Source of the DNA: Octopus sinensis
Taxonomy: Eukaryota
Direction: 5' to 3'
Assembly (NCBI RefSeq): GCF_006345805.1
Contig: NW_021835443.1
Span: forward strand, 1-40,128
Length of the DNA: 40,128 bases
The stretch's first letter is position 1. The number at the start of each line of letters is the position of its first letter. The notes beneath the pieces are model-generated. The model was not told the origin of the DNA, ran no database searches, and saw only the letters and a list, made by a program, of their open reading frames with translations. This document shows positions 38,786 to 40,128 of the stretch, piece by piece. Made by a program: the position numbers and the translations under genes.

Positions 38786-39360
38786 CTGTGTTTTGGTAAA
38801 AAAAAATCGATAGAATAAGAAGCAAGATTTAAAAACAAGTCATGAGGATATATTCGATCGAATAAGGGCTGTGCTACAGCATGGCCGCAATCCAACGCTT
38901 GAAACAAGTAAAAGATATCCAGCAGGCTGCTTGCTCTATCGACAACGCAGAGTATTCAACCTTATCTCGCATTTCCTTCATCAGATTGTGTTTGGCTTTC
39001 CAGAAATGTCTAACGGCTAATTTTAGTAGGTCGGTCGACACCTTGGGAAATTCCACTTTGGCGCAGATTGGTTGTTAGCGGTAGTGTTGGACATAAACTT
39101 GATGTACGGCTGTAATACTTCATAATGACCATGGTTGTAGTTGTTGTGGTGTTGGTGATGGTGTTGGTTGTTTATCATGATACAATTATAACAACAGCGA
39201 TAATCTTGAAGGCAGTTAAGTGAGTTAATTAGTAAAGGTGAGATGTCTGAAGCGATTACAGTATCTATGAATATATCATGACTTCCACCATCATTGTCAA
39301 TGATCATAATCATCATCACCATCGTTGTCATCGTAAGTTTTCATTATTATTATTATTATA

Positions 39361-39400
<40 letters not shown>

Positions 39401-39639
39401 TATTATTATTATTATTATGGTCATCATCGTTTACGTATTGATTTCAAATTCCGCTGGAGCCGAATTTTGCCTTTCATCCTCTCGGGATCGATATGATGAG
39501 AACAGTTGAGCAGTGAATGTGTGTGTGTGTGTGTTTTTGTGGGTGAGGCTGCCGCCTCCCCAAATCGCAGACTTTGTGCTCATAGTTCAGAAGATTATCT
39601 TCATTATTGAAATCATCATTACAAAAAGCCGCCGCAACC

Positions 39640-39666
39640 ATCATCGTAATCATCACCACTACCACA

Positions 39667-39697
<31 letters not shown>

Positions 39698-39995
39698 TCA
39701 TTATCATCATTATCGTCATCATCGTCATCATTATCATCATAACCATTATCACCACCATCACCACCACTAAATCATCATCGTCATCACCACGATCATGACT
39801 ACAGCCACCTCCTCCTCCTCCTCCATCTCCTCCTCCTCCTCCTCCTCATCATCATCATCATCATCATCACCATTATTGTCATCATCACCGCCGTCACCAT
39901 CATCATCATTGTCATAATCACCAGCACCACCAGCACCACCAGCACCGCCACCACCACCACCACAACATCATCATCATCACCACCACCACCATTAC
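39640..39995. repeat. Compound (CAT)/(CAC)/(CCT)n microsatellite
   Basis: Direct inspection. Confidence 0.95.
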
Positions 39996-40128
39996 GTTGT
40001 CACTCGACCCGCTAGAAATAACTGAGAAATTTTGCCCTCGAATCCCATTCTAGCGCTGTAGGATATGGCACTAAGTCTTCTACGTATTTACGAAAAGAAA
40101 GGGAGAACAACGATTAGAATCCTTAGCG

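Noticed and set aside
38380-38915. Twin-priming 5' inversion of a type 2 SINE
   Set aside because: The geometry fits, but the + tail is far more diverged than the - part and there is no TSD; two insertions of different age are more likely.

Overview
AT-rich, microsatellite-saturated eukaryotic DNA, most likely an octopus or other coleoid cephalopod (inferred from recalled SINE families and repeat style, not from a search). Almost every ORF in the supplied track is a microsatellite or transposon artefact, and no complete protein-coding gene can be supported. The window holds many tRNA-derived SINEs, three decayed R4/Dong-clade LINEs (all on the minus strand, with nested insertions), two CR1/L2-like 3' ends, a Tigger-like MITE, a duplicated ~510-bp promoter-like block, and a probable gene 5' end at ~27.0-27.4 kb (+). 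The main result is 11 hammerhead-ribozyme (HHR) motifs from six unrelated sequence families, found by eye. Most have the minimal, palindromic-stem-III form typical of Penelope-like elements (PLEs). Eight of the 11 sit as outward-facing pairs in four fold-back elements. Two of those elements also carry a tRNA-like Pol III head and are flanked by target-site duplications (one exact, one 8/9), suggesting a non-autonomous, ribozyme-bearing SINE mobilised by PLE machinery. Activity, copy number and novelty are untested. Boundaries of decayed repeats are approximate (about +/-10-20 nt).
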